This document shows, in pieces, positions 40,229-51,715 of a DNA stretch of 64,000 nucleotides. This DNA comes from Macrostomum hystrix. Taxonomy: Eukaryota > Animalia > Platyhelminthes. The stretch covers positions 3,162,001-3,226,000 of the forward strand of contig CATNEN010000033.1 in the NCBI GenBank assembly GCA_950097015.1, written 5' to 3'. The translations under genes were made by a program, and so were the position numbers. Every line of letters begins with the position of its first letter. Position 1 is the first letter of the stretch. Below the pieces are notes generated by a model. The model saw only the letters and a list, made by a program, of their open reading frames with translations, did no database searches and was not told the origin of the DNA.

Positions 40229-42888
40229 TCAGTACACTAGCGGCCTGTCAGTGCCCGAATACCTGCAGGCCAGTCTGTAGCCGCTGGGTGTCGGCGCAGT
40301 GAAGGCCACCAGAGCAGCTGGCACCGGCATGCCCAGGTACAGGCTGGTCCTGGCCGCCTCCAGCAGGGCCGTGGCAACCCCGGCCCGGCGGTGAGCGGAG
40401 CGGCACCAGATTTTGTGAATGCCGCATCGGGCGGGCACTGGCTCATTGTCCCGCTGAGTGGCGGATTCGGCGCCTTCGCTGGGAGCAAGCAGACGATAGG
40501 CGGTGCTGATCTGCTCAGCGATGCAGCACCCGACAATGCCGCACTGTGGGGTTGGCGAGCGGCTGTTACAGCACAGACTGCTGGGTGTTCCAGACAATGC
40601 TGGGTTGTTACAGAATCTGCTGGGGAGTTATAGACTAAGCTGGGGTGTTATAGACTCGGCTGGGTAGTTACGGACTCGGATGGGGTGTTATAGACTAGGC
40701 TGGGGAGTTACAGACTCGGCTGGGGTGTTATAGACTCGGCTGGGGTGTTATAGACTCGGCTGGGGTGTTATAGACTCGGCTGGGGTGTTATAGACTCGGC
40801 TGGGGTGTTACAGACTCGGCTGGGGAGTTACAGACTCGGCTGGGGTGTTATAGACTCGGCTGGGGAGTTACAGACTCGGCTGGGGTGTTATAGACTCGGC
40901 TTAGTAGTTACGGACTCGGCTGGGGTGTTATAGACTCGGCTGGGGAGTTAAAGACTCGGCTGGGGTGTTATAGACTCGGCTGGGGTGTTATAGACTCGGC
41001 TGGGGTGTTATAGACTCGGCTGGGGTGTTATAGACTCGGCTGGGGTGTTATAGACTCGGCTGGGTAGTTACGGACTCGGCTGGGGTGTTATAGACTCGGC
41101 TGGGGAGTTATAGACTAAGCTGGGGTGTTATAGACTCGGCTGGGTAGTTACGGACTCGGATGGGGTGTTATAGACTAGGCTGGGGAGTTACAGACTCGGC
41201 TGGGGAGTTACAGACTCGGCTGGGGAGTTATAGACTCGGCTGGGGTGTTATAGACTCGGCTGGGGTGTTATAGACTCGGCTGGGGTGTTATAGACTCGGC
41301 TGGGGTGTTATAGACTCGGCTGGGGTGTTATAGACTCGGCTGGGGTGTTATAGACTCGGCTGGGGAGTTAAAGACTCGGCTGGGGTGTTATAGACTCGGC
41401 TGGGGTGTTATAGACTCGGCTGGGGTGTTATAGACTCGGCTGGGGTGTTATAGACTCGGCTGGGGTGTTATAGACTCGGCTGGGTAGTTACGGACTCGGC
41501 TGGGGTGTTATAGACTCGGCTGGGGAGTTATAGACTAAGCTGGGGTGTTATAGACTCGGCTGGGTAGTTACGGACTCGGATGGGGTGTTATAGACTAGGC
41601 TGGGGAGTTACAGACTCGGCTGGGGAGTTACAGACTCGGCTGGGGAGTTATAGACTCGGCTGGGGTGTTATAGACTCGGCTGGGGAGTTACAGACTCGGC
41701 TGGGGTGTTATAGACTCGGCTGGGGAGTTACAGACTCGGCTGGGGTGTTATAGACTCGGCTGGGGAGTTACAGACTCGGCTGGGGTGTTATAGACTCGGC
41801 TTAGTAGTTACGGACTCGGCTGGGGTGTTATAGACTCGGCTTAGTAGTTACGGACTCGGCTGGGGTGTTATAGACTCGGCTGGGGAGTTAAAGACTCGGC
41901 TGGGGTGTTATAGACTCGGCTGGGGTGTTATAGACTCGGCTGGGGTGTTATAGACTCGGCTGGGGTGTTATAGACTCGGCTGGGGTGTTATAGACTCGGC
42001 TGGGGTGTTATAGACTCGGCTGGGGTGTTATAGACTCGTCTGGGGAGTTACAGACTCGGCTGGGGTGTTATAGACTCGGCTTAGTAGTTACGGACTCGGC
42101 TGGGGTGTTATAGACTCGGCTGGGGAGTTAAAGACTCGGCTGGGGTGTTATAGACTCGGCTGGGGTGTTATAGACTCGGCTGGGGTGTTATAGACTCGGC
42201 TGGGGTGTTATAGACTCGGCTGGGGTGTTATAGACTCGGCTGGGTAGTTACGGACTCGGCTGGGGTGTTATAGACTCGGCTGGGGAGTTACAGACTCGGC
42301 TGGGGATGTCTATACAGGTCTATGGGCAGGTCAAAGGCTGGGCACCTGATTCCGCACGTAGAGCAGCACCAACATGCCGCTGTAGGCCTCCGGCTCAGTG
42401 CCCTGGCCAAGCTCTTCGTCCATGGCGCGGAACACCTCCTTGGCCCGCTGCCAGCCAGCCGCGCCGCCGCCTCCGGGTGACACCCGGACAATTCGGTCAC
42501 CGTTGAAGAACTCCTTCACCACCTGCTGACCGCGCCACACGCAGCCGCTGCTGCCGCCGCTCCCGCCTCTGGCAGGTGTCGCCGAAAGGTGCGCAGCATG
42601 AAACCTGGCATGCCGAACAGAATCCGCCTGGTTTCCCACTGAGTAGACCATGCCGCAGGCTGTACAGGTGTTCATGCCCAGCCTGCTCTGCCCGAAGTCC
42701 AGATTCAACTGCACCAGGCGGTGCTGCGGCTTGGCAGCCGTCGTCTGGCCGCCGATCGAGTGCCGCAGTTTCTTAGAAACTCCCACAGGACTGCAGCGGC
42801 CCAGGCGGCTGCGAGCAGATGCTGGTGGGGTCGAGAGCCGACGGCGAGCCGAGTCGGTCAGGCCGGCTGCTGGCGAGGTTGGCGACAT
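40229..42888 (-). CDS. ESCO: N-acetyltransferase ESCO/Eco1 (cohesin acetyltransferase), about 285 aa, 2 exons
   Basis: Exons 42888-42346 and 40543-40229, phase 0. PIP-like QLNLDFGQ, C2H2 finger TCTACGMVY...RHARFH and acetyltransferase motifs IVGCCIAE and CGIHKIW...RRAGVA. An acceptor at 42918 means an extra 5' exon cannot be excluded. Confidence 0.92.
40613..42304. repeat. 20-bp minisatellite (TGGGGTGTTATAGACTCGGC)n filling the ESCO intron
   Basis: About 85 copies occupying about 94% of the 1.8-kb intron. Confidence 0.98.
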
Positions 42889-42998
42889 GCTCGAGCTGCG
42901 GAACTGCCAGGCGGGCACTGTGAGTAGTTTGGCTGCCTAAATCAAACCCAAACACTATTTCATCTGAGCCAATCAAACTCCTAAACTTATTAGACAGT

Positions 42999-43553
42999 GT
43001 GTAGGGTCAGGGTGTAGGTTCAGGGTGTAGGGTCAGGGTGTAGGGTCAGGGTGTAGGGTCAGGGTGTAGGTTCAGGGTGTAGGGTCAGGGTGTAGGGTCA
43101 GGGTGTAGAGATAGGGTGTAGGGACAGGGTGTAGGGACAGGGTGTAGAGATAGGGTGTAGGGACAGGGTGTAGAGATAGGGTGTAGGGACAGGGTGTAGG
43201 GTCAGGGTGTATGGACAGGGTGTAGAGATAGGGTGTAGGGACAGGGTGTAGAGATAGGGTGTAGGGACAGGGTGTAGGGTCAGGGTGTATGGACAGGGTG
43301 TAGAGATAGGGTGTAGAGATAGGGTGTAGGGACAGGGTGTAGAGATAGGGTGTAGGGTCAGGGTGTAGGGACAGGGTGTAGAGATAGGGTGTAGGGACAG
43401 GGTGTAGAGATAGGGTGTAGGGACAGGGTGTAGAGATAGGGTGTAGGGACAGGGTGTATGATCAGGGTGTAGGGATAGTGTCTAGAGTGTATAGTAGGGA
43501 CAGAGTGTAGGGTCAGGGTGTAGGGTCAGGATTTAGGGTCAGGATGTAGGGAC
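42999..43553. repeat. 13-bp G-rich minisatellite (AGGGTGTAGGGWC / AGGGTGTAGAGAT)n
   Basis: About 42 copies between SLU7 and ESCO. Confidence 0.95.
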
Positions 43554-43982
43554 AGTCCCATTTATGTTTTTATCCATCGCTATAACTAAAAACAAGACAG
43601 GGAGTCAAGGTTTAATTACTGAAGTTGATCACTTGAGCAGTATGCTGTTTTATTATGTTGTTTGACTGCACTTTTTACAAATTCTTTGAATTGTTCATTT
43701 CGGAGACAAAATTGTTAACGGCGTGTTATCATAGAAATCGTCATTGGTTAAGAAAGTATAAGAACACCCATACCCGATGCTTTGCGTTGACAACAATTGC
43801 AGCCTAATAAGCATACGCTCGCAATATCTATTTAACTTCAGCTAACTGATGGACACGTACAGCGGGCTTATTTACAAGTATTTTCATAAACCAATGAACA
43901 AGCAGCTATTACTTGTATTTGCTGCTCACACTGCTGTCAAATTTGGTTACTTTGCGGTTGCTAGGCAAAATGTGCAAAATTG

Positions 43983-46900
43983 TCAATCAGAATCTGATGA
44001 CGTGTCACTGTCACTGCTGCTGCTGCTGCTGCTGTCGCTGCTGCTGCTTTCCTCCTTGTCGCTACTGTCCTTTTTTCGCTTCTTCTTTTCAACAGCGGCC
44101 TCGCTATCGTCGTCTTTAGCCCCGGCGGCGGCTGCCGGACGTTTCTCGGGCGGCGCAGCGGCAGGCAGGCGTCCCTTCAAGCCAGTGCAGTAGGCATTGC
44201 GCAGGGTTGATCTGCAGCACTTGTAGCCCCACTGGCCAGCCTCCCAGTAGGAGCCCCAGACGCTGGTGTGATTCAAAGGCTTCTTGTCCTCGTCGTAGCG
44301 AGAGCGGACAGCCGGAGCCTCGGCTCCGCGCAGCAGGGTGCCGGTCCGGGAATACTCGGCGTACTGCTCGGTCTGGGACACCGCAGACAGCTCCGGAGCT
44401 TCTGCGTCCGCGGCCCGCATGTACTCCTGACCACCGTACCTGCAGTGCGGGCGTAAACAGTGTGATTAAATGCTGTCTGGATGTAAGATTCAATGTGCCT
44501 GTGGGCTATGGGTGTCTGTCTGTTGTGGGTGTCTGTCTGTTGTGGGTGCCTGTCTGTGATGGGTGTCTGTCTGTTGTGGGTGTCTGTCTGTTCTGGGTGC
44601 CTGTCTGTTGTGGGTGTCTGTCTGTTGTGGGTGCCTGTCTGTTGTGGGTGCCTGTCTGTTGTGGGTGTCTGTCTGTTGTGGGTGCCTGTCTGTTGTGGGT
44701 GCCTGTCTGTTGTGGGTGTCTGTCTGTTATGGGTGCCTGTCTGTTGTGGGTGTCTGTCTGTTGTGGGTGTCTGTCTGCTATGGGTGTCTGTCTGTTGTGG
44801 GTGTCTGTCTGTTATGGGTGCCTGTCTGCTATGGGTGTCTGTCTGTTATGGGTGTCTGTCTGTTATGGGTGTCTGTCTGTTATGGGTGCCTGTCTGTTGT
44901 GGGTGTCTGTCTGTTGTGGGTGTCTGTCTGTTATGGGTGTCTGTCTGTTATGGGTGCCTGTCTGTTGTGGCTGTCTGTCTGTTATGGCTGTCTGTCTGTT
45001 GTGGGTGTCTGTCTGTTGTGGGTGTCTGTCTGTTGTGGGTGCCTGTCTGTTGTGGGTGTCTGTCTGTTGTGGGTGCCTGTCTGTTGTGGGTGTCTGTCTG
45101 TTATGGGTGCCTGTCTGTTATGGGTGCCTGTCTGTTGTGGGTGCCTGTCTGTTGTGGGTGTCTGTCTGTTGTGGGTGCCTGTCTGTTGTGGCTGTCTGTC
45201 TGTTGTGGGTGCCTGTCTGTTGTGGGTGCCTGTCTGTTGTGGGTGCCTGTCTGTTGTGGGTGTCTGTCTGTTGTGGGTGCCTGTCTGTTGTGGCTGTCTG
45301 TCTGTTGTGGGTGCCTGTCTGTTGTGGGTGTCTGTCTGTTATGGGTGTCTGTCTGTTGTGGGTGTCTGTCTGTTGTGGGTGTCTGTCTGTTGTGGGTGCC
45401 TGTCTGTTGTGGGTGTCTGTCTGTTATGGGTGTCTGTCTGTTGTGGGTGCCTGTCTGCTATGGGTGTCTGTCTGTTGTGGGTGCCTGTCTGTTATGGGTG
45501 TCTGTCTGTTATGGGTGCCTGTCTGCTATGGGTGTCTGTCTGTTATGGGTGTCTGTCTGTTATGGCTGTCTGTCTGTTGTGGGTGTCTGTCTGTTGTGGG
45601 TGTCTGTCTGTTGTGGGTGCCTGTCTGTTGTGGGTGTCTGTCTGTTATGGGTGTCTGTCTGTTATGGGTGCCTGTCTGTTGTGGCTGTCTGTCTGTTATG
45701 GCTGTCTGTCTGTTGTGGGTGTCTGTCTGTTGTGGGTGTCTGTCTGTTGTGGGTGCCTGTCTGTTGTGGGTGTCTGTCTGTTGTGGGTGCCTGTCTGTTG
45801 TGGGTGTCTGTCTGTTATGGGTGCCTGTCTGTTGTGGCTGTCTGTCTGTTATGGCTGTCTGTCTGTTGTGGGTGTCTGTCTGTTGTGGGTGTCTGTCTGT
45901 TGTGGATGCCTGTCTGTTATGGGTGTCTGTCTGTTGTGGGTGTCTGTCTGTTGTGGGTGCCTGTCTGTTGTGGGTGTCTGTCTGTTGTGGGTGCCTGTCT
46001 GTTGTGGGTGTCTGTCTGTTATGGGTGCCTGTCTGTTATGGGTGCCTGTCTGTTGTGGGTGCCTGTCTGTTGTGGGTGTCTGTCTGTTGTGGGTGCCTGT
46101 CTGTTGTGGCTGTCTGTCTGTTGTGGGTGCCTGTCTGTTGTGGGTGCCTGTCTGTTGTGGGTGTCTGTCTGTTGTGGGTGCCTGTCTGTTGTGGGTGTCT
46201 GTCTGTTGTGGGTGTCTGTCTGTTATGGGTGCCTGTCTGTTGTGGCTGTCTGTCTGTTATGGCTGTCTGTCTGTTGTGGGTGTCTGTCTGTTGTGGGTGT
46301 CTGTCTGTTGTGGGTGCCTGTCTGTTATGGGTGTCTGTCTGTTGTGGGTGTCTGTCTGTTGTGGGTGTCTGTCTGTTATGGCTGTCTGTCTGTTGTGGGT
46401 GTCTGTCTGTTGTGGGTGTCTGTCTGTTGTGGGTGTCTGTCTGTTGTGGGTGTCTGTCTGTTGTGGGTGCCTGTCTGTTATGGGTGTCTGTCTGTTGTGG
46501 GTGTCTGTCTGTTGTGGGTGCCTGTCTGTTGTGGGTGTCTGTCTGTTGTGGGTGTCTGTCTGTTATGGGTGCCTGTCTGTTGTGGCTGTCTGTCTGTTAT
46601 GGCTGTCTGTCTGTTGTGGGTGTCTGTCTGTTGTGGGTGTCTGTCTGTTGTGGGTGCCTGTCTGTTATGGGTGTCTGTCTGTTGTGGGTGTCTGTCTGTT
46701 GTGGGTGTCTGTCTGTTATGGCTGTCTGTCTGTTGTGGGTGTCTGTCTGTTGTGGGTGTCTGTCTGTTGTGGGTGTCTGTCTGTTGTGGGTGTCTGTCTG
46801 TTATGGGTGTCTGTCTGTTGTAGGTGCCTGTCTGTTGTGGGTGTCTGTCTGTTATGGCTGTCTGTCTGTTGTGGGTGTCTGTCTGTTGTGGGTGTCTGTC

Positions 46901-48975
46901 TGTTGTGGGTGTCTGTCTGTTGTGGGTGCCTGTCTGTTATGGGTGTCTGTCTGTTGTGGGTGTCTGTCTGTTGTGGGTGCCTGTCTGTTGTGGGTGTCTG
47001 TCTGTTGTGGGTGCCTGTCTGTTGAGGGTGTCTGTCTGTTATGGGTGTCTGTCTGTTGTGGGTGTCTCCCAGCCCCGACAAGCAGCTCACTTCTCGAGGA
47101 TCTGCTTGGAGACCTGTCCTCCGATCTCCTTGCTCTTCTCCTCCATCTCGCGGCGCAGCAGCTCCAGGCGGGTCGGATTGGCCTGCAGGTGGGCATCGAC
47201 GCCTTTCTCGGCCTGCAGCTCCCAGGCGAACACCTGCTGCTGCATCATGGGCAGAGCGTCGCCCTGGTAGCGAATGTAATTGTCGCCGGCGAATGGCGCC
47301 TCTTCAACCGGCACGTCGCGGCCCTCGAACGGGTTGCCGCGCATCGCCCTAGTCTTGGGATCGTAATAGGCGGAGCTGGGGTCCAGGTTGTACAGGTACT
47401 TGGCCGTGTCCTCGCGGATGCGCAGGTTGCGCACGGACTGGCGCTCCTTGCAGTCGAACTTCTGGCCGGGCATCGCCATCTCGTCTCCGTAGCGATCCTC
47501 GTCGTCGCGCTGCTCCTAGAAGCCGAGAATTTTGTCAATCTTGATAGTTTTTAGAGCTATTCTATAATATCTTATCCAGTAATCCATTCGCATATCTACG
47601 ACAAATTCGGGTGATTCACAAGTCCCTTAGAATTATCAACTACTTGCTTCAGATTATCTACTAATCAATTCGGAATATACGATGTATCCTTCGGATTATC
47701 CACATACCTTGCTACTTATCCCTTAGGATTATCCACTTCACCATCCGGATTATCCACTTCACCATCCGGATTATCCACTTCACCATTCGGATTATCCACT
47801 TCACCATTCGGATTATCCACTTCACCATTCGGATTATCCACTTCACCATTCGGATTATCCCCTTCACCAGTCGGATTATCCACTTCACCATTCGGATTAT
47901 CCACTTCACAATTCGGATTATCCACTAATCCCTTACTGATATCCACTAATCCCTTCCTGATCTCCACTAATCCCTTACTGATATCCACTAATCCCTTCCT
48001 GATCTCCACTAATCCCTTACTGATATCCACTAATCCCTTCCTGATCTCCACTAATCCCTTACTGATATCCACTAATCCCTTCCTGATCTCCACTAATCCC
48101 TTACTGATATCCACTAATCCCTTCCTGATCTCCACTAATCCCTTACTGATATCCACTAATCCCTTCCTGATCTCCACTAATCCCTTCCTGATCTCCACTA
48201 ATCCCTTCCTGATATCTACTAAACCCAAAAAATGATCTCAGCAAAGGGAAAAAAGCCATTATTATTATTATTATTATATGAGCTTGAGTAGAGGTTTTGA
48301 GTAGGTGTAGCGGCTTACGTCCTCGCCGGCCTCCTGTCGGCTGGTCCGCACGAGTTTCCTGGCCTCCTCCAGCTTGGCGTAGTTGTCGATGACCTGCTTG
48401 TAGCTGGCCGGGTCGTAGCCATTCCAGCGATCTCGCTTGGCCTCAAAGTCCAGCTTGAGGTCCGGCTGGATGTGCTGATCGGGCGCAATGTCCTCGCCGG
48501 TCCATTTGGCCCCCCGCGCCCTGGGCCGCTGGAAGCAGTCCTTGGCCTGGTGCGTGGCCGCGCCGCAGTTGGCGCAGGCGCCTTTGCGAAATTTTGTAGC
48601 CCTCGGCCCGGCGGCCGGCCCGCGCTTGTACCAGCGGTTCAGCGCCTCGCTGCCACCGTCCGCCAGGGTGATGATCTCGCCGCTGGAGTCGGTGTCTGGC
48701 TTCTTAGCCTCGCCACCATCGCGCGGCTTTATCTGGTGCTTCAGGGTCGGATGCAGGGCGCCATAGTACCAGGGCGCCTGCATGATGTACTGCGGAATGT
48801 GCGGGTTAATGTCCTTGCCTTCCTCGTCCTTCATGGCCGGGACTGCGGCCAGTTTGCGGGCCTCCTCCAGCTCCTTCATCTTGCGATAGTCCTCCTTGCT
48901 GCGCCTGGCGCCGAGGGCCTCCGCCTCTGCGTTCTTGGCCAGCACCGACGGCGGCAGGTTGGGCAGAAACGACAT
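43983..48975 (-). CDS. SLU7: Pre-mRNA splicing factor SLU7, 512 aa, 3 exons
   Basis: Exons 48975-48319, 47515-47091 and 44439-43983, phases 0 and 2. INPHIPQYI, zinc knuckle CANCGAATHQAKDC, RDRWNGYDP, VRNLRIREDTAKYL.NLDPSSAYYDPKTRAMR, KYGGQE and NHTSVWGSYW...WGYKCC are SLU7 signatures. Confidence 0.97.
44497..47066. repeat. 17-bp minisatellite (GTGTCTGTCTGTTGTGG)n filling SLU7 intron 2
   Basis: About 150 copies. Source of the spurious 776-1115 aa Cys/Val ORFs. Confidence 0.98.
47690..48225. repeat. Two abutting 21-bp minisatellites in SLU7 intron 1: (GGATTATCCACTTCACCATTC)n then (TCCACTAATCCCTTMCTGATM)n
   Basis: The unit changes at about 47921, where the two arrays share TATCCACT. Confidence 0.93.
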
Positions 48976-49112
48976 GGCTGCTGCTGCTTTATTTAAGCTT
49001 CTTCTTAACTATTATTGATTTGCAGCTGACAGCTGATCTGCAAAAGTTCAAACGTGTCGTAGTTTTCAGAAAATACGTAAGTTCTAGCCTATCATGACTC
49101 TCACCTGAGTCA

Positions 49113-49410
49113 CCTGAGGGTGTGGGAAGTCACATGAGGGTGTGGGAAGTCACATGAGGGTGTGGGAAGTCACATGAGGGTGTGGGAAGTCACATGAGGG
49201 TGTGGGAAGTTATCTGAGGGTGTGGGAAGTTATCTGAGGGTGTGGGAAGTTATCTGAGGGTGTGGGAAGTTATCTGAGGACGTGGGAAGTTATCTGAGGG
49301 TGTGGGAAGTTATCTGAGGGTGTGGGAAGTTATCTGAGGATGTGGGAAGTTATCTGAGGGTGTGGGAAGTTATCTGAGGGTGTGGGAAGTCACATGAGGG
49401 TGTGGGATGT
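49113..49410. repeat. 20-bp minisatellite (GAGGGTGTGGGAAGTCACAT / ...TTATCT)n
   Basis: About 15 copies between the Nudix gene and SLU7. Confidence 0.95.
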
Positions 49411-49642
49411 TATCGGAAGTCGGTGAAAATTACCTGAGGAATGAGGAAAATTCTGGAGACGTCATTCTATTTTATGAAAGCAAGTAACAAACTGAAGGGC
49501 ATTTCTAAGAACTCGTGTACAAATTCCCAAAGCAGTTTATCTTCAGTCAATATTAAAATTGCATTCTAGCAATATCAGTAAGAATGAATTTCTATTCGCT
49601 AAAAAGAGAGAAATGCTTCAGTGAGTTAGTTAGCTGTGCAGA

Positions 49643-51088
49643 TCAGTCCAGTGGCAGCCGGGTGTGGCACATCTCCGCTAGCAGGTCGTACACTGGCTGA
49701 CTGTCCGGACTGATGCAGCCCCAGCGGAGCAGGAAATCCAGGCAGACCAGTCCGCTGTTGGGCTTGAAGTCCTGCTGAACAATCAGATCCGGGAGGTCGG
49801 CCAGCGGCACCAGTAGGAAGTCGGCCACTTCGCCGTCAACGCTGATCGGCTTGAAAGTGTCCGGCAGGGCCAGGTCGTAGCAGTATTCCACGTCGGGAAA
49901 GACGCCTCGATCGTCCTCGTAGAAATAGCTGACAGTGCCAACGGATTGCAGGCGATGAAGCAGAGAGTCTGGAATGCCGGCCTCCTCGGCGGATTCTTTG
50001 CGAGCGTTGGCCAGCGGCGAGTCGCAGCCGCTGGGCAAACCGCCGCCTACCAGATTGTCCAGGCAGCCGGGCCACGTTGGCTTACTGGGCGACCGCCTGG
50101 CCAGCCACATGGCGGAGGGCCGGCCTTCACTTAGCGTGTAGCCATTAACGTGACAGCCCCACTGGGCTATGCCCAATAGAGAGGCCGCACTGCGCTCCAC
50201 CTGAACATGGGGAGTGACAATCGGCGGTAGGAGCAGGATGAAGGGTGGAAGTAGGAGGATGAAGGGTGGAAGGAGGAGGATGAAGGGTGGAAGGAGGAGG
50301 ATGAAGGGTGGAAGGAGGAGGATGGAGGGTGGAAGGAGGAGGATGAAGGGTGGAAGGAGGAGGATGGAGGGTGGAAGGAGGAGGATGAAGGGTGGAAGGA
50401 GGAGGATGGAGGGTGGAAGGAGGAGGATGAAGGGTGGAAGGAGGAGGATGAAGGGTGGAAGGAGGAGGATGAAGGGTGGAAGGAGGAGGATGGAGGGTGG
50501 AAGGAGGAGGATGAAGGGTGGAAGGAGGATGATGGAGGGTGGAAGGAGGAGGATGAAGTGTGGAAGGAGGAGGATGGAGGGTGGAAGGAGGATGAAGGGT
50601 GGAAGGAGGAGGATAAAGGGTGGATGGAGGAGGATGGAGGGTGGAAGGAGGAGGGTGGAGGGTGGATGGAAGATTTTTGTTGTGTGGCAGGAGGGAGTAT
50701 TTTATGAAATATTAACTACTGAACTCACCTCAAATACCGGCTGTCTGGTGGATCGCAGTCTCGCAGCAAAAAGTTCATTTCGCCAGCCGCGTGTCAAACA
50801 TGGAAATATTTCCTCCGCTCGGAGTTGCCTAAACGCTGTTGCCATGGCGTTGCTAACTGACTGAAACCCTGACAGGCCATCGGCTAAGACTAGCGAGCCT
50901 TTGTCAGAACCATAGCGAAACACGTTGGGACAGTGGTCAGTCAATACCCTGGCTATATCTGGCTTCACAATACCCAGTCTGTGATGGTCAATAATCAGAG
51001 GCAGGCAGCTGGCAAGCTTGGAGCCTGGAAGCAGAAGATTGTTACACCGGCTGCCTAGGCTGGCCAATAGGCGCTGGCCTTGCTGCAT
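49643..51088 (-). CDS. Nudix hydrolase, YJR142W/NUDX20-like (DUF4743 + Nudix), 305 aa, 2 exons
   Basis: Exons 51088-50729 and 50200-49643, phase 0. GWRNELF, ERSAASLLGI...GCHVNGY, WLARRS..K.TWPG.LDNLVGGG and Nudix box ARKESAEEAGI, followed by DGEV..F and FKPN. Confidence 0.9.
50236..50668. repeat. 21-bp purine-rich minisatellite (GGAGGATGAAGGGTGGAAGGA)n in the Nudix intron
   Basis: About 20 copies. Confidence 0.95.
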
Positions 51089-51459
51089 TGTTTGGGTGCC
51101 TCTGCAAGTTAAAATGGAAATGAAAAATTAAACATTGTCCATTAGAAACTAACATACAATATATACCACATACTATATTTAAACATTAAAATGTATAATT
51201 GTTATTTTAAATATTTCTAGAGACTTTAATAAATTTTTATTTAAAAAATTTAATACATTCATTACAGTGTAACATTTCTTATCTATATATACTATAGCAG
51301 ACACTTTTACATATTTCTAGACTTTTGCTATTTTGCTAATCACTGCACCATTCAATTTTTTAGATTTATTGTCTTTAAGCTATATAAGAATATGTAATTT
51401 TAATAATAATAAATGATTAGACCTGCCACAATTAAGTCAGATGTGCAGCAGACAGCATA

Positions 51460-51715
51460 GCTGCAGCTAATGTGTGGCGCCTCTGAAGGCTGCGTACAGC
51501 TGTTCAATACACGGACTGGGGGATGCCACACCAACCTTCAATTATCCCAGCTGATGCTGGTGACAGCTGGATTTAACAGATTTAAACAGCTGGGTGAACT
51601 GAAGCAATGCAGAGTTAAGTGCCTTGCTAAAGGACACAAATTGTTCTAGTGGAGTTGGGAATCAAACCACCCGACCTTCAAGTCATGAGTCTGATGCCCT
51701 AACCACTAGGCTACA
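51460..51715 (-). mobile_element. tRNA-derived SINE with V/Meta-type central domain
   Basis: The minus strand reads GTAGCCTAGTGGTTAGGGCATCAGACTC...GGTTTGATTCC (Pol III A and B boxes), then TTGTGTCCTTTAGCAAGGCACTTAAC...CAGTTCACCCAGCTGT, resembling the conserved metazoan SINE core. The 3' boundary is approximate. Confidence 0.75.

Noticed and set aside
44207-47554. 776-1115 aa Cys/Val/Leu-rich ORFs on the plus strand
   Set aside because: Translations of a stop-free 17-bp unit, open in all three frames and antisense to SLU7 intron 2.
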